33,613 bases of DNA from Candidatus Rokuibacteriota bacterium (GTDB lineage Bacteria > Methylomirabilota > Methylomirabilia > Rokubacteriales > CSP1-6): NCBI GenBank assembly GCA_003221595.1, contig QHSM01000332.1, forward strand, positions 1-33,613, in the 5' to 3' direction. The position numbers and the translations under genes are program-made. The notes below the pieces were generated by a model, which was given only the letters and a program-made list of their open reading frames with translations, was not told where the DNA came from and did not search any database. Of this stretch, positions 17,286 to 27,921 are shown piece by piece; position 1 is the first letter of the stretch; the number at the start of each line of letters is the position of its first letter.

Positions 17286-19061
17286 GCCTCCTCGAGGACA
17301 AGCTCGCCCGGGTGCCCGACCAGCCGGGCGTCTACCTGTACCGCGACGGCAAGCAGCAGGTGCTCTACGTCGGCAAGGCCGCGTCCCTGCGAAGCCGGGT
17401 GCGCTCGTACTTCCAGGAGTCGCGCCCGCGCGATCCCAAGACCGACGCGCTGGTCCGCCAGGTCCGCGACCTCGAGTACATCGTCACCGACAACGAGCTC
17501 GAGGCCCTCATGCTCGAGGCCAACCTGGTGCGCAAGCACCGGCCCCGCTACAACATCATCCTGCGCGACGACAAGCACTATCCGTTCCTGAAGCTCACCA
17601 CGAACGAGCCGTTTCCGCGGCTCCTGGTGGCGCGGCGGGTCCAGCGCGACGGCGCCCAGTACTACGGTCCGTTCTATCCGGCCACGGCGATGCGCGAAAC
17701 GCTCCGGCTGCACGGGCTGGGAGACCCGGGAGGGCTACGCGCAGACGGTGCAGGACGTCATGCACTTCCTCGAGGGCCGGGACGAGGAGCTGGCGCGCCG
17801 CCTCACCAAGGAGATGGAGGAGGCCGCCGGCGAGCTCAAGTTCGAGCGCGCCTCGGTGCTGCGCGATCAGATCCAGTCCCTCAACAAGGTCCGGGAGCGT
17901 CAGAAGATCATCTCGACCGACGACGTGGACCAGGACGTGGTCGGCGTCGTCCGTCAGGGCAGCGACGCCTGCGTCGAGCTGTTCTTCGTGCGCAAGGGCC
18001 GGCTCGTCGGGCAGGAGCCGTTCTTCTTCGATCGGGTCGCCGGGTGGAGCGACGGCGAGATCCTCTCCGCGTTCGTCCGCCAGTTCTACGGCAAGACGGT
18101 GCCGCCGGCCCCGGAGATCCTCCTTTCCGAAGAGCTGCCCGAGGCCGAGCTGACCGCCGAATGGCTCGCCACGCTCGGCGGCCGCCGCGTCCAGATGCAC
18201 GCGCCCCAGCGCGGCGCCAAGCGGGAGTTCGTCGCGATGGCCGAGGCGAACGCCGCCATCGCGCTCCAGAACCGCCTCCTCTCGCGCGACAACCGCCAGC
18301 AGCTCGTCCTCGAGGAGCTCCAGCGTGCGCTGGGCCTGCCGGGCCTGCCCAATCGCATCGAGGGGTACGACATCTCCAACATCCAGGGAACCGAGCAGGT
18401 CGGCTCGATGGTGGTCTGGGAGAACGGCGGCCTCAAGAAGGACGACTACAAGCGTTTCAAGATCCGGACCGTCGCGGGCGCCGACGACTTCGCCTCGATG
18501 GGCGAGGTGCTCACCCGGCGATTCGCGAAGGCGCTCGAGCAGGGGAGCGTGCTGCCCGACCTCGTCCTGATCGACGGCGGCCGCGGCCAGCTCAACGTCG
18601 CGCTCAAGGTGCTTCAGGACCTCGGGCTCGACTACATCCCCGCCGTCGGGCTCGCCAAGCAGGCCGAGGAGGTGTACCAGGCCGACAGCCTGCACCCGCT
18701 CGTGCTCGATCCGACGTCGCCCTCGCTCCACACACTGCAGCGGATCCGCGACGAGGCCCACCGCTTCGCGATCACCTACCACAAGAAGCTCCGGGCGAAG
18801 CGCACGATCCAGTCCGTGCTCGACACGATCCCGGGCGTGGGGCCGGCGATCCGGACGAGCCTGCTCAAGACGCTCGGCTCGGCGCGGCGGGTTCGCGACA
18901 CCTCGGTCGCCGAGCTGGCGGCGGTGCCGAAGGTGACCCCGAAGCTCGCGCAGCGGATCTTCGACCACTTCCATCCCCCGCCGCCGAGGGAACCCCAATC
19001 CACGACAGACTGTTACAATGACGGGAGCCTACCGGCTCAGGAGGGGGGTGACAGCACATGA
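17282..19061 (+). pseudogene. uvrC: excinuclease ABC subunit C, disrupted: the GIY-YIG part (17282-17710) and the remainder (17709-19061) lie in different frames, with ~30-35 codons missing at the junction
   Basis: Frame of 17282 encodes PGVYLYRDGKQQVLYVGKAASLRSRVRSYF...YYGPFYPATAMRETLRL and then R/G/P junk to 19021. The +1 frame encodes CTGWETREGYAQTVQDVMHFLEG..., the UVR motif ELKFERASVLRDQIQSL, the endonuclease domain IEGYDISNIQG...LIDGGRGQL, and the HhH motif LDTIPGVGPAIRTSLLKTLGS. GTG 17282 overlaps the uvrB stop. Confidence 0.85.
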
Positions 19062-19312
19062 GGAAGCTCATGGCAGTCATGGCAGTGGCAGTCGCGCTCG
19101 CCTTCACCGCGGGTGGAGCGTTCGCGAGCTCCTGCCCGAAGGTCATCAAGGAAGGCCGGGACGCGGCCGCCAAGATGAAGGCAGACGATCCGAAGGTGAA
19201 GGCGGCCGTCGCCAAGCTCGACGAAGCGCAGAAGCTCCACGACGGGGGCAAGCACGCGGAGTCGCTCAAGCTGGCCAACGAAGCCGCCGCAGATCTCGGC
19301 GTCAAGAAGTAG
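19058..19312 (+). CDS. small secreted helical protein of unknown function (84 aa)
   Basis: ATG overlaps the uvrC stop (ATGA), and AGGAGG lies at 19039-19044. The signal peptide is MRKLMAVMAVAVALAFTAGGAFA. The ~60-aa Lys/Ala-rich mature part has one Cys. GC3 is high. Confidence 0.6.
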   Translation: MRKLMAVMAVAVALAFTAGGAFASSCPKVIKEGRDAAAKMKADDPKVKAAVAKLDEAQKLHDGGKHAESLKLANEAAADLGVKK

Positions 19313-19325
19313 GGCCACGAGTTCC

Positions 19326-19366
19326 GGCGTGGCGCGGCTCGCACGAGCCGCGTCACGCCGATGTTT
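19326..19366 (+). terminator. hairpin terminator after the 84-aa ORF
   Basis: A 15-bp stem pairs ggcgtggcgcggctc (19326-19340) with gagccgcgtcacgcc (19345-19359). It has one G-U pair and the loop gcac, and is followed by gatgTTTccct. Confidence 0.6.
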
Positions 19367-19395
19367 CCCTCGGCACCGCCCCGTCCACCACTTTC

Positions 19396-19424
19396 TTGCC
19401 CCGGCCTGCCAAGGATGTTAGAAA
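19396..19424 (+). promoter_or_regulatory. leuS promoter: -35 TTGCCC, 17-nt spacer, extended -10 TGtTAGAAA, 10 nt to ATG
   Basis: The sequence reads tcTTGCCCcggcctgccaaggaTGtTAGAAActtacgaatcATG, with no SD. Confidence 0.5.
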
Positions 19425-19434
19425 CTTACGAATC

Positions 19435-21995
<2,561 letters not shown>

Positions 21996-21999
<4 letters not shown>

Positions 22000-22505
22000 G
22001 GGGAGGAGGCCGCGCGCTCGCGCTCGGCCTGCTCGCCGCCGCCGTCGCCGGCTGCGGGTATTCATTTCGCGGAACCCTCCCGGAGCACATCCAGACAGTC
22101 GCCGTGCCACTCTTCGCCAACAAGACCGGGGAGCCGGCGATCGAGAGCCTGCTGACGAGCGCGGTCGTCGAGGCCTTCTCCACCAACGGCCGGCTCCGCG
22201 TGGTCAAGCGCGAAGACGCCGACGCCATCCTCGAGGGCGAGGTGATCGGCTATTCCGTCCTGTCGATCTCGTACGATTCCCAGGCCAACGTGCGGCAGTA
22301 CCGCCTGATCATGACGATTAACCTGAAGCTGCTCGACATGCGCCGCAGCGCCGTGCTCTTCGAGGAGCGCAACCTCCGAGAGAAGGCGGACTTCCAGGTC
22401 ATGAACGCCGTCTCCCAGACCATTTCGGTCGAGGAGACGGCCGTTCGCACGGCCGCCACCGAGATCGCGCGGGCGATCGTGAGTCTCACCGTCACCCGAT
22501 TCTGA
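21996..22505 (+). CDS. lptE: LPS-assembly lipoprotein LptE
   Basis: GTG 21996 overlaps the leuS stop (GTGA). The lipobox is LLAAAVAG-C. The mature start GYSFRGTLPEHIQTVAVPLFANKTGEP is typical of LptE, and leuS-lptE-holA synteny is conserved. Confidence 0.7.
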
Positions 22506-22618
22506 GCATGAGCCGACAAGCGGGGCCCCCGACACCGCCAAGGCTAACCGGGCGAGCGGCGCTACAAGCGCCTACAGCAGGCCACCCTCGCTCGTCCCGG
22601 CCACCGAGCACTCGGTAA

Positions 22619-23629
22619 GTGGACTACGCGGCGTTCCTGAGAACGGTCGAGCGCGGCGAGCCGCCGGCCATTGCCCTGCTCCACGGCGGTGACGGTCAGC
22701 TCCTCGACGACGCGCTCGACGCGGTGACCCGCGCGCTCTTCCCGGATCGCTCGCTGGCCGCGTGGGGGCGCGAGGTCTTCGACGGCCGCGAACACGGCGT
22801 CGACGAGATCGTGCGATCCGCCATGACGCTGCCGCTCGGGGCCGGACGGCGACTCGTCGCCGTGCGCCGTGCCCAGGCGCTGAGCGCGAAGGGGGCGGAG
22901 TCGCTCACCGAGTATGCTGCGAGCCCGAACCCGGCGACCTGTCTCGTGCTGCTGGCCGACGAGTCGCTCCGCGCCTCGCGTGAGCGCCGCGCCGACCACT
23001 GGCTGCTCGGCGCCCTGCCGGCGGCCGCGATCGTCGCGCTTCCCGTCCGCGCATCGCGCGAGCTCGCGGGCTGGCTTCGCCAGCGCGCGGCGCTCGAGGG
23101 GCTGACCGTCACCGACGAGGCGGCGCGCCTCCTCGTGGAGCTGACGGGTGAGGACACGGCGACTCTGCTGGGCGAAGCGCGCAAGGCGGCGCTCGCCGGC
23201 GGGCCCGACAACCGCAACGTCGGCGTCCGGGACGTCGGCGCGATCGTCGGCGAGCATCGCCTCGACGCGATCTTCGATCTGACGCGCGCCGTCGAGCGAC
23301 GAGACGCGGCAGGTGCCCTCAGGACCCTCGATCGCCTGCTCGCGACCGAGGACGCGCCGCTCCTGCTCGCGGTGCTGGTGCGCGACGTGAGGACGGCGTG
23401 GACGGCGGTCGCGTGGCGGCGCCGGGGCCGGCCCGTCGACGAGATCGCCCGCGTGCTCCACCGGCCGCCGGCGGTGATCGAGGCGCTCACGAGCTCCGCG
23501 GCCCGCTCCGAGGCCCACTTCGCCCGGCAGATCCGACGGTGCTGGGAGGCCGAGCGTCGGCTCAAGAGTAGCGGTGAGCCGCGCGCGGAGATGGCGGCCC
23601 TGGTGGCCGATCTGTGCGCGGAGCGGTGA
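22619..23629 (+). CDS. holA: DNA polymerase III subunit delta
   Basis: The 336-aa product has the N-terminal block PAIALLHGGDGQLLDDALDAV and a three-domain clamp-loader-like layout. Its position downstream of lptE supports the call. Confidence 0.75.
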   Translation: MDYAAFLRTVERGEPPAIALLHGGDGQLLDDALDAVTRALFPDRSLAAWGREVFDGREHGVDEIVRSAMTLPLGAGRRLVAVRRAQALSAKGAESLTEYAASPNPATCLVLLADESLRASRERRADHWLLGALPAAAIVALPVRASRELAGWLRQRAALEGLTVTDEAARLLVELTGEDTATLLGEARKAALAGGPDNRNVGVRDVGAIVGEHRLDAIFDLTRAVERRDAAGALRTLDRLLATEDAPLLLAVLVRDVRTAWTAVAWRRRGRPVDEIARVLHRPPAVIEALTSSAARSEAHFARQIRRCWEAERRLKSSGEPRAEMAALVADLCAER

Positions 23630-24993
23630 TCGGCCGCTCGGTCCTCTTCGGCCTCCTTGTCGGGCTCATGTCGATCGTCGCGTCCGCCGGCGCGGCCGAG
23701 CGCTGCGCCGAGTGCGTGACCGCCGGCGCCGGGTACGCCCCGCTCCGCGTGCCGGGCGGAACGCCGCTGGCCGGCTACGGGGGCCTCCAGCGACGGCTCC
23801 TGTTTCCCGACCTCCTCGGCCGGTACCCTCACGCGTTCTGGTTCAGGCCGTCCGCCGGCGAGCACGACCCGGTAGGCGCGCGCGCGCTCGTGCTCCAGAA
23901 CCGGACTTCACGCGTGGTGTGGGTCACGCTCGACCTGATCGCCGTCGATCGTGCCTTCACCAGGGCGCTTCAGGAGCGCCTGGCGGCGTCCGGGACGGTG
24001 CCGGCCACGCTCATCGTCTCGGCCTCCCACACGCACTCCGGCCCCGGCGCCTTCATGGATTCCGAGCTCAGCGGCCTGATCGCCATCGATCGCATGGACT
24101 CGACGGTCCGCGACGCGCTCGTCGCGGGCGCGGCGGCGGCGATCCGGCGGGCCGACGCCGCGCGGGTTCCGGCGCTCGTCGCCACGACCCGGGTCACCGC
24201 GCCCGCCGTCACGGTCAGTCGCATCCGCGAGCCCCTCGATTCCGAGATCGTGGTCCTCAAGGTGACCGGCGCGGACGGAAAACCGCTCGCGTTGCTGTGG
24301 AACTTTGCGATCCACGGGACGATGTTCCCAGCGGCGAGCCCGCAGCTGTCGGCCGACGTGATGGGTGCCGCCTCCGCGCTGCTCGAGCAACGGCTCGGCG
24401 CGCCGGCCCTCTTCGTCAACGGAGCCGTCGGCGATGTGAGTCCGGCGGGCCACGGGATGCTCGCGCTGCGCGAGACCGCCGCCGGGCTGGCGGCCGCCGT
24501 CGAGGCGGGCTGGACTCAGGCCAGAGCCGTGCCCGCCGTCGGACTGCGCGTCGCGCAGCGAAGCGTCGCGCTGCCGCGGCCGGCGGTGTCGCTCAAGCGC
24601 TGCGTCGGGGGCTGGGTGCCGGGTTTCTTCGCGATCCCTCTGTTCGGGCTGCCGGCCGAGACCGAGCTGCTCGCCGCCGCGGTCGGCGACGCGGCCTGGG
24701 TCACGATCCCGGGCGAGCTGCAGACGTCGTTCGGCCTGGCGATCAAGCGCGAGGTGCGCGGGCTCTTCGGCGCGGTGCTCCTGGCGGGATTGTCGAACGA
24801 CTATCTCGGCTACTTCATGGGGCCCGAGGCGACCGGAAGCAAGAGCTACGTCGCCTGCGCCACCCTCTACGGACCGGACGCCGGGACGTGCCTCGCGGAC
24901 GCCGCGCTCGATCTCTTCTACCGCCTGGCCGATCGGCCACGCCCCCCGGGCCGCTCGTCGCCCGGCTGCAATGCCGGAGGGGAAGCGCGATGA
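23614..24993 (+). CDS. exported neutral/alkaline ceramidase N-terminal-domain-like hydrolase
   Basis: The signal peptide is VIGRSVLFGLLVGLMSIVASAGA. The ceramidase-like blocks PLAGYG, LIVSASHTHSGPG and NGAVGDVSP are recalled from the Ceramidase_alk family. The start is either GTG 23614 or GTG 23626, which overlaps the holA stop (GTGA). Confidence 0.55.
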   Translation: MRGAVIGRSVLFGLLVGLMSIVASAGAAERCAECVTAGAGYAPLRVPGGTPLAGYGGLQRRLLFPDLLGRYPHAFWFRPSAGEHDPVGARALVLQNRTSRVVWVTLDLIAVDRAFTRALQERLAASGTVPATLIVSASHTHSGPGAFMDSELSGLIAIDRMDSTVRDALVAGAAAAIRRADAARVPALVATTRVTAPAVTVSRIREPLDSEIVVLKVTGADGKPLALLWNFAIHGTMFPAASPQLSADVMGAASALLEQRLGAPALFVNGAVGDVSPAGHGMLALRETAAGLAAAVEAGWTQARAVPAVGLRVAQRSVALPRPAVSLKRCVGGWVPGFFAIPLFGLPAETELLAAAVGDAAWVTIPGELQTSFGLAIKREVRGLFGAVLLAGLSNDYLGYFMGPEATGSKSYVACATLYGPDAGTCLADAALDLFYRLADRPRPPGRSSPGCNAGGEAR

Positions 24994-25004
24994 GCCTGTC
25001 CGAA

Positions 25005-25039
25005 CCGCGGGCCGGCGCGAGTCGCCGGAGGAATCGCGG
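25005..25039. terminator. possible bidirectional hairpin between the convergent ceramidase-like gene and rpsT
   Basis: The inner stem pairs ccggcg (25012-25017) with cgccgg (25023-25028). The outer stem pairs ccgcg (25005-25009) with cgcgg (25035-25039). The structure is short and interrupted, with no U tract. Confidence 0.3.
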
Positions 25040-25288
25040 CTACGCGGTGACGAGACGCCGCGCGAGCGCGGACTTCTTCCGCGCGGCGGTGTTGCGGTGA
25101 ATCACGCCCTTGCTCACGGCCTTGTCGAGAGCGCGGATGGCTTCGAGGATGGCCGCCGGGCGCGTGGCGCCCTCCGCGGCGCGGGCCGTCTTCACCGAGC
25201 CGCGGATCTTCGAGCGCATCGCCCGGTTGCGCAGACGTCGCCGCTCGTTCTGCCGTACGCGCTTCATCGCCGACTTCGTATTCGCCAC
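25040..25288 (-). CDS. rpsT: 30S ribosomal protein S20
   Basis: The product (M)ANTKSAMKRVRQNERRRLRNRAMRSKIRGSVK...KGVIHRNTAARKKSALARRL is a classic S20. The start is GTG, with AGGAG 7 nt upstream. Confidence 0.95.
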   Translation of the reverse strand: MANTKSAMKRVRQNERRRLRNRAMRSKIRGSVKTARAAEGATRPAAILEAIRALDKAVSKGVIHRNTAARKKSALARRLVTA

Positions 25289-25300
25289 GTGAACGCTCCT

Positions 25301-25318
25301 TCGATTCGCTCGATTCGC
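25301..25318. repeat. tandem 9-bp direct repeat tcgattcgc x2 in the rpsT 5' UTR / murJ upstream region
   Basis: Copies at 25301-25309 and 25310-25318 are identical. On the rpsT strand the repeat reads GCGAATCGAGCGAATCGA, immediately 5' of the SD. Confidence 0.5.
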
Positions 25319-25335
25319 CGTCAGGTACGCCGTGC

Positions 25336-25364
25336 ATCATGCCGTACCGACGCGGGAATTTCAA
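25336..25364 (-). promoter_or_regulatory. candidate rpsT promoter: -35 TTGAAA, 17-nt spacer, -10 CATGAT
   Basis: The minus strand reads ccTTGAAAttcccgcgtcggtacggCATGATgcacgg. The -10 overlaps the murJ ATG on the other strand. The 5' UTR would be about 40 nt. Confidence 0.35.
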
Positions 25365-26943
25365 GGTGAGCAGGAGCGAGGGACAGGTCGTCCGGGCCCT
25401 CGGCGGAATCGCCGGCGCGACCCTGGTCAGCCGTGTGCTCGGATTCGTGCGCGACATGGTGGTGGCGCGCGCGTTCGGCGCCGGGCCCGTGACCGACGCG
25501 TTCTTCGTCGCGTTTCGCATTCCCAACATCCTGCGGCGGGTCCTGGCCGAGGGAGCCCTGTCCACCGCGATGATCCCGGTCTTCACCGACTACGTCTCGA
25601 CCCGGGAGCGGCCCGACCTCGTCCGGATGCTCCGCGCCGTGCTGGGGCTGGCGCTCAGCGCGCTGACCGTGACGACCGTCCTGGGTATCCTCGCCGCGCC
25701 CTACGTCGTCCGCGTCATCGCGCCGGGGTTCACGAGCGACCCGGCGCAGGCGGAGCTGGCGGTGCGTCTGACCCGGATCATGTTCCCGTACCTCATCCTG
25801 GTCGGCCTGGCGGCGATGGCCACCGGCGTGCTGAATTCCAACGACCGCTTCTTCGCGGGCGCGATCGGCTCGGCCGTGCTGAACGTCGGGATGATCGCCG
25901 CCGTCCTGCTGCTCGCGCGTCACGTCGAGCCGCCGATCGTCTCGCTGGCGATCGGGGTCCTCGTCGGCGGGCTCGGCCAGCTGCTCGTCCAGGTGCCGGA
26001 TCTCTCGGCCTGCGGGCTCTTGTTCGCGCCATCGGCCGAGCTGCGCCACTCCGCGATCAGCCGGATCACGCGGCTCCTGCTGCCGGCCGTCTTTGGTCTG
26101 GCGGCGGTGCAGGTGATGGTCTTCGTCAACACGCTGCTCGCCTCGCTCCTGCCGCTGGGATCGATCTCGTACCTGTACTACGCCGATCGAGTCATGGAGT
26201 TTCCCCTGGGGGTCTTCGGGATCGCCCTCGCGTCGGCGTCGCTGCCCGTCATGTCGCGCCAGGCCGCGACGGGGGATCATCGGGCGCTCGCCGGCACGCT
26301 GAACTTCGCGCTACGCCTGGCGCTCTACGTGTCGTTGCCGGCCACCGTGGGCCTGGTGATGCTCAGGACGCCCATCGTGCGGGTGCTGTTCGAGCGCGGC
26401 CGATTCGGCGCCGCGGAGACCTCGGCCACCGCGGAGGCGCTCGCGTGGTACGCGGTCGGTCTCGCCGCCTTCGCCGGCTCGCGCATCGCCGCGCAGGTCT
26501 TCTACGCGCTCGGCGAGGCCGGCACCGCCGTGAAGTGGGGCATCGTCTCGATCGTCGCCAACGTGGTGGCGGCGGCCGCGATGATGGGGCCGTTCGGTCA
26601 CGCCGGTCTCGCCGGCGCCTCGTCCGTCGGCGCGTACGTCAACCTGTTATCGCTCCTGCTGGTCGCGCGCGGCCGGCTCGGCCGGCTCGGCGGACGCGCG
26701 CTCCTGAGCAGCGTGTGCCGCACGGCCCTCGCGTCGCTCCCCGTCGCCGGCGCGTGCTGGCTCGCGCTCGTACTGTGGCCGGCGCGGCCGACCCTCGCGC
26801 TCGACGTCGCCTGGCTCGGGGCCACGATCGTGGTCGGCGGGGCCGCCTTCTGGGCGGCGAGCGTCGCGCTCGGCCTGTCCGAGCGGACCGTGCTCGTGCG
26901 GCTCTACTCGCGACGCGAGCGCGGCGGGGTCGCCGAGATCTGA
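25339..26943 (+). CDS. murJ: lipid II flippase MurJ
   Basis: The 534-aa product has 14 TM helices. Its N-terminal signature is ATLVSRVLGFVRDMVVARAFGAGPVTDAFFVAFRIPNILRRVLAEGALSTAMIPVF. Confidence 0.9.
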   Translation: MPYRRGNFKVSRSEGQVVRALGGIAGATLVSRVLGFVRDMVVARAFGAGPVTDAFFVAFRIPNILRRVLAEGALSTAMIPVFTDYVSTRERPDLVRMLRAVLGLALSALTVTTVLGILAAPYVVRVIAPGFTSDPAQAELAVRLTRIMFPYLILVGLAAMATGVLNSNDRFFAGAIGSAVLNVGMIAAVLLLARHVEPPIVSLAIGVLVGGLGQLLVQVPDLSACGLLFAPSAELRHSAISRITRLLLPAVFGLAAVQVMVFVNTLLASLLPLGSISYLYYADRVMEFPLGVFGIALASASLPVMSRQAATGDHRALAGTLNFALRLALYVSLPATVGLVMLRTPIVRVLFERGRFGAAETSATAEALAWYAVGLAAFAGSRIAAQVFYALGEAGTAVKWGIVSIVANVVAAAAMMGPFGHAGLAGASSVGAYVNLLSLLLVARGRLGRLGGRALLSSVCRTALASLPVAGACWLALVLWPARPTLALDVAWLGATIVVGGAAFWAASVALGLSERTVLVRLYSRRERGGVAEI

Positions 26944-26950
26944 GCGCGCC

Positions 26951-26974
26951 CGCGTCGCCGCGAGGGGCGACGCG
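26951..26974 (+). terminator. hairpin after murJ
   Basis: A 9-bp perfect stem pairs cgcgtcgcc (26951-26959) with ggcgacgcg (26966-26974) around a 6-nt loop. It starts 8 nt after the stop. No U tract follows. Confidence 0.4.
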
Positions 26975-26989
26975 CGAGGACGAGCGCGC

Positions 26990-27018
26990 TTCACCACGAC
27001 GGGGCATCGTGATAGAAT
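26990..27018 (+). promoter_or_regulatory. xerD promoter: -35 TTCACC, 17-nt spacer, extended -10 TGaTAGAAT, 16 nt to ATG
   Basis: The sequence reads cTTCACCacgacggggcatcgTGaTAGAATccgacgtggtcactctATG, with no SD. Confidence 0.5.
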
Positions 27019-27034
27019 CCGACGTGGTCACTCT

Positions 27035-27919
27035 ATGACCGATGTCGTCGTTGAGTATCTCGGCGCCCTTCAAGCTGAGCGGGGGGCGGCCCGGAATACT
27101 CTCGACGCGTACCGCCGCGATCTCACCGATTTCACCCGCTTCCTGAACGATCATCGCCGCACCCTCAGCCGGGTCGGCCCCGACGACATCGTCGAATACC
27201 TCGAACGCCTCCGAACGCGCGGCCTCCGGCCCGCCAGCGTGGCGCGTCGCGTCTCCGCGCTGCGCGGTCTCTACAAGCACCTGGTCCGCGAGGGCACGCT
27301 GCGCCGCGACCCCACCGAGCATCTCGAGGCGCCGCGCCGGCCGCGTTCGCTGCCGCGAACGCTCTCGCGGGAGGCGGCCGCCGCGCTCGTCGAGGCGCCG
27401 GACGCGAGCGAGCCGCGCGGTGTCCGCGATCGCACGCTGCTCGAGCTACTCTATGCGACGGGGATGCGGGCGTCCGAGTGCCTGGGCCTCACGCTGGACG
27501 ACGTCAATCTGAGCGCGGGCTACGTCGTGTGCACCGGCAAGGGGCGAAAGCAGCGTCTCGTTCCCGTCGGCGGCGAGGCGGTGCAGTGGGTCGCGCGGTA
27601 TCTCCGCGACGTCCGCCCCGCGTACACGCGGCGGCGAGACTCCGGCCGGCTGTTCGTGAACCCGCGCGGCGGGCGTCTCTCGCGGCAGTCCCTGTGGGTG
27701 ATCGTGCGGCACGCCGCGGCCCGCGCCGGCCTCCGTCAGCGCGTCTCGCCCCACGTCCTGCGCCATTCGTTCGCGAGTCATCTGCTCGAGGGCGGCGCCG
27801 ACCTGCGCTCGATCCAGGCCATGCTCGGCCACGTCGACATCGCGACGACGCAGATCTACACGCACTTGCCCTCGGCCGCCGTGGTGAACATGTACCGGCG
27901 CTTCCACCCACGGGCGTGA
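27035..27919 (+). CDS. xerD: site-specific tyrosine recombinase XerD (XerC/XerD family)
   Basis: The N-terminal SAM-like block is ERGAARNTLDAYRRDLTDFTRFL. The catalytic residues fall in ATGMRASE, HVLRHSFASHLL, LGHVDIATTQIYTHL (R..HxxR..H..Y). I cannot settle XerD versus XerC by eye. Confidence 0.8.
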   Translation: MTDVVVEYLGALQAERGAARNTLDAYRRDLTDFTRFLNDHRRTLSRVGPDDIVEYLERLRTRGLRPASVARRVSALRGLYKHLVREGTLRRDPTEHLEAPRRPRSLPRTLSREAAAALVEAPDASEPRGVRDRTLLELLYATGMRASECLGLTLDDVNLSAGYVVCTGKGRKQRLVPVGGEAVQWVARYLRDVRPAYTRRRDSGRLFVNPRGGRLSRQSLWVIVRHAAARAGLRQRVSPHVLRHSFASHLLEGGADLRSIQAMLGHVDIATTQIYTHLPSAAVVNMYRRFHPRA

Positions 27920-27921
27920 GC

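Noticed and set aside
22506-22618. A structured small RNA or terminator in the 113-nt lptE-holA spacer. The candidates are cgggcgagcg...cgctcgtcccg pairing and the inner hairpin ggcgc-tacaa-gcgcc.
   Set aside because: The stems are short or bulged, no U tract or recognisable RNA-family motif is present, and no promoter was found. The evidence is insufficient for an ncRNA or terminator call.
26944-27034. A dif-like Xer recombination site near xerD.
   Set aside because: No 28-bp imperfect palindrome with an AT-rich central hexamer is present around xerD. The only AT-rich element is the TGaTAGAAT promoter box.
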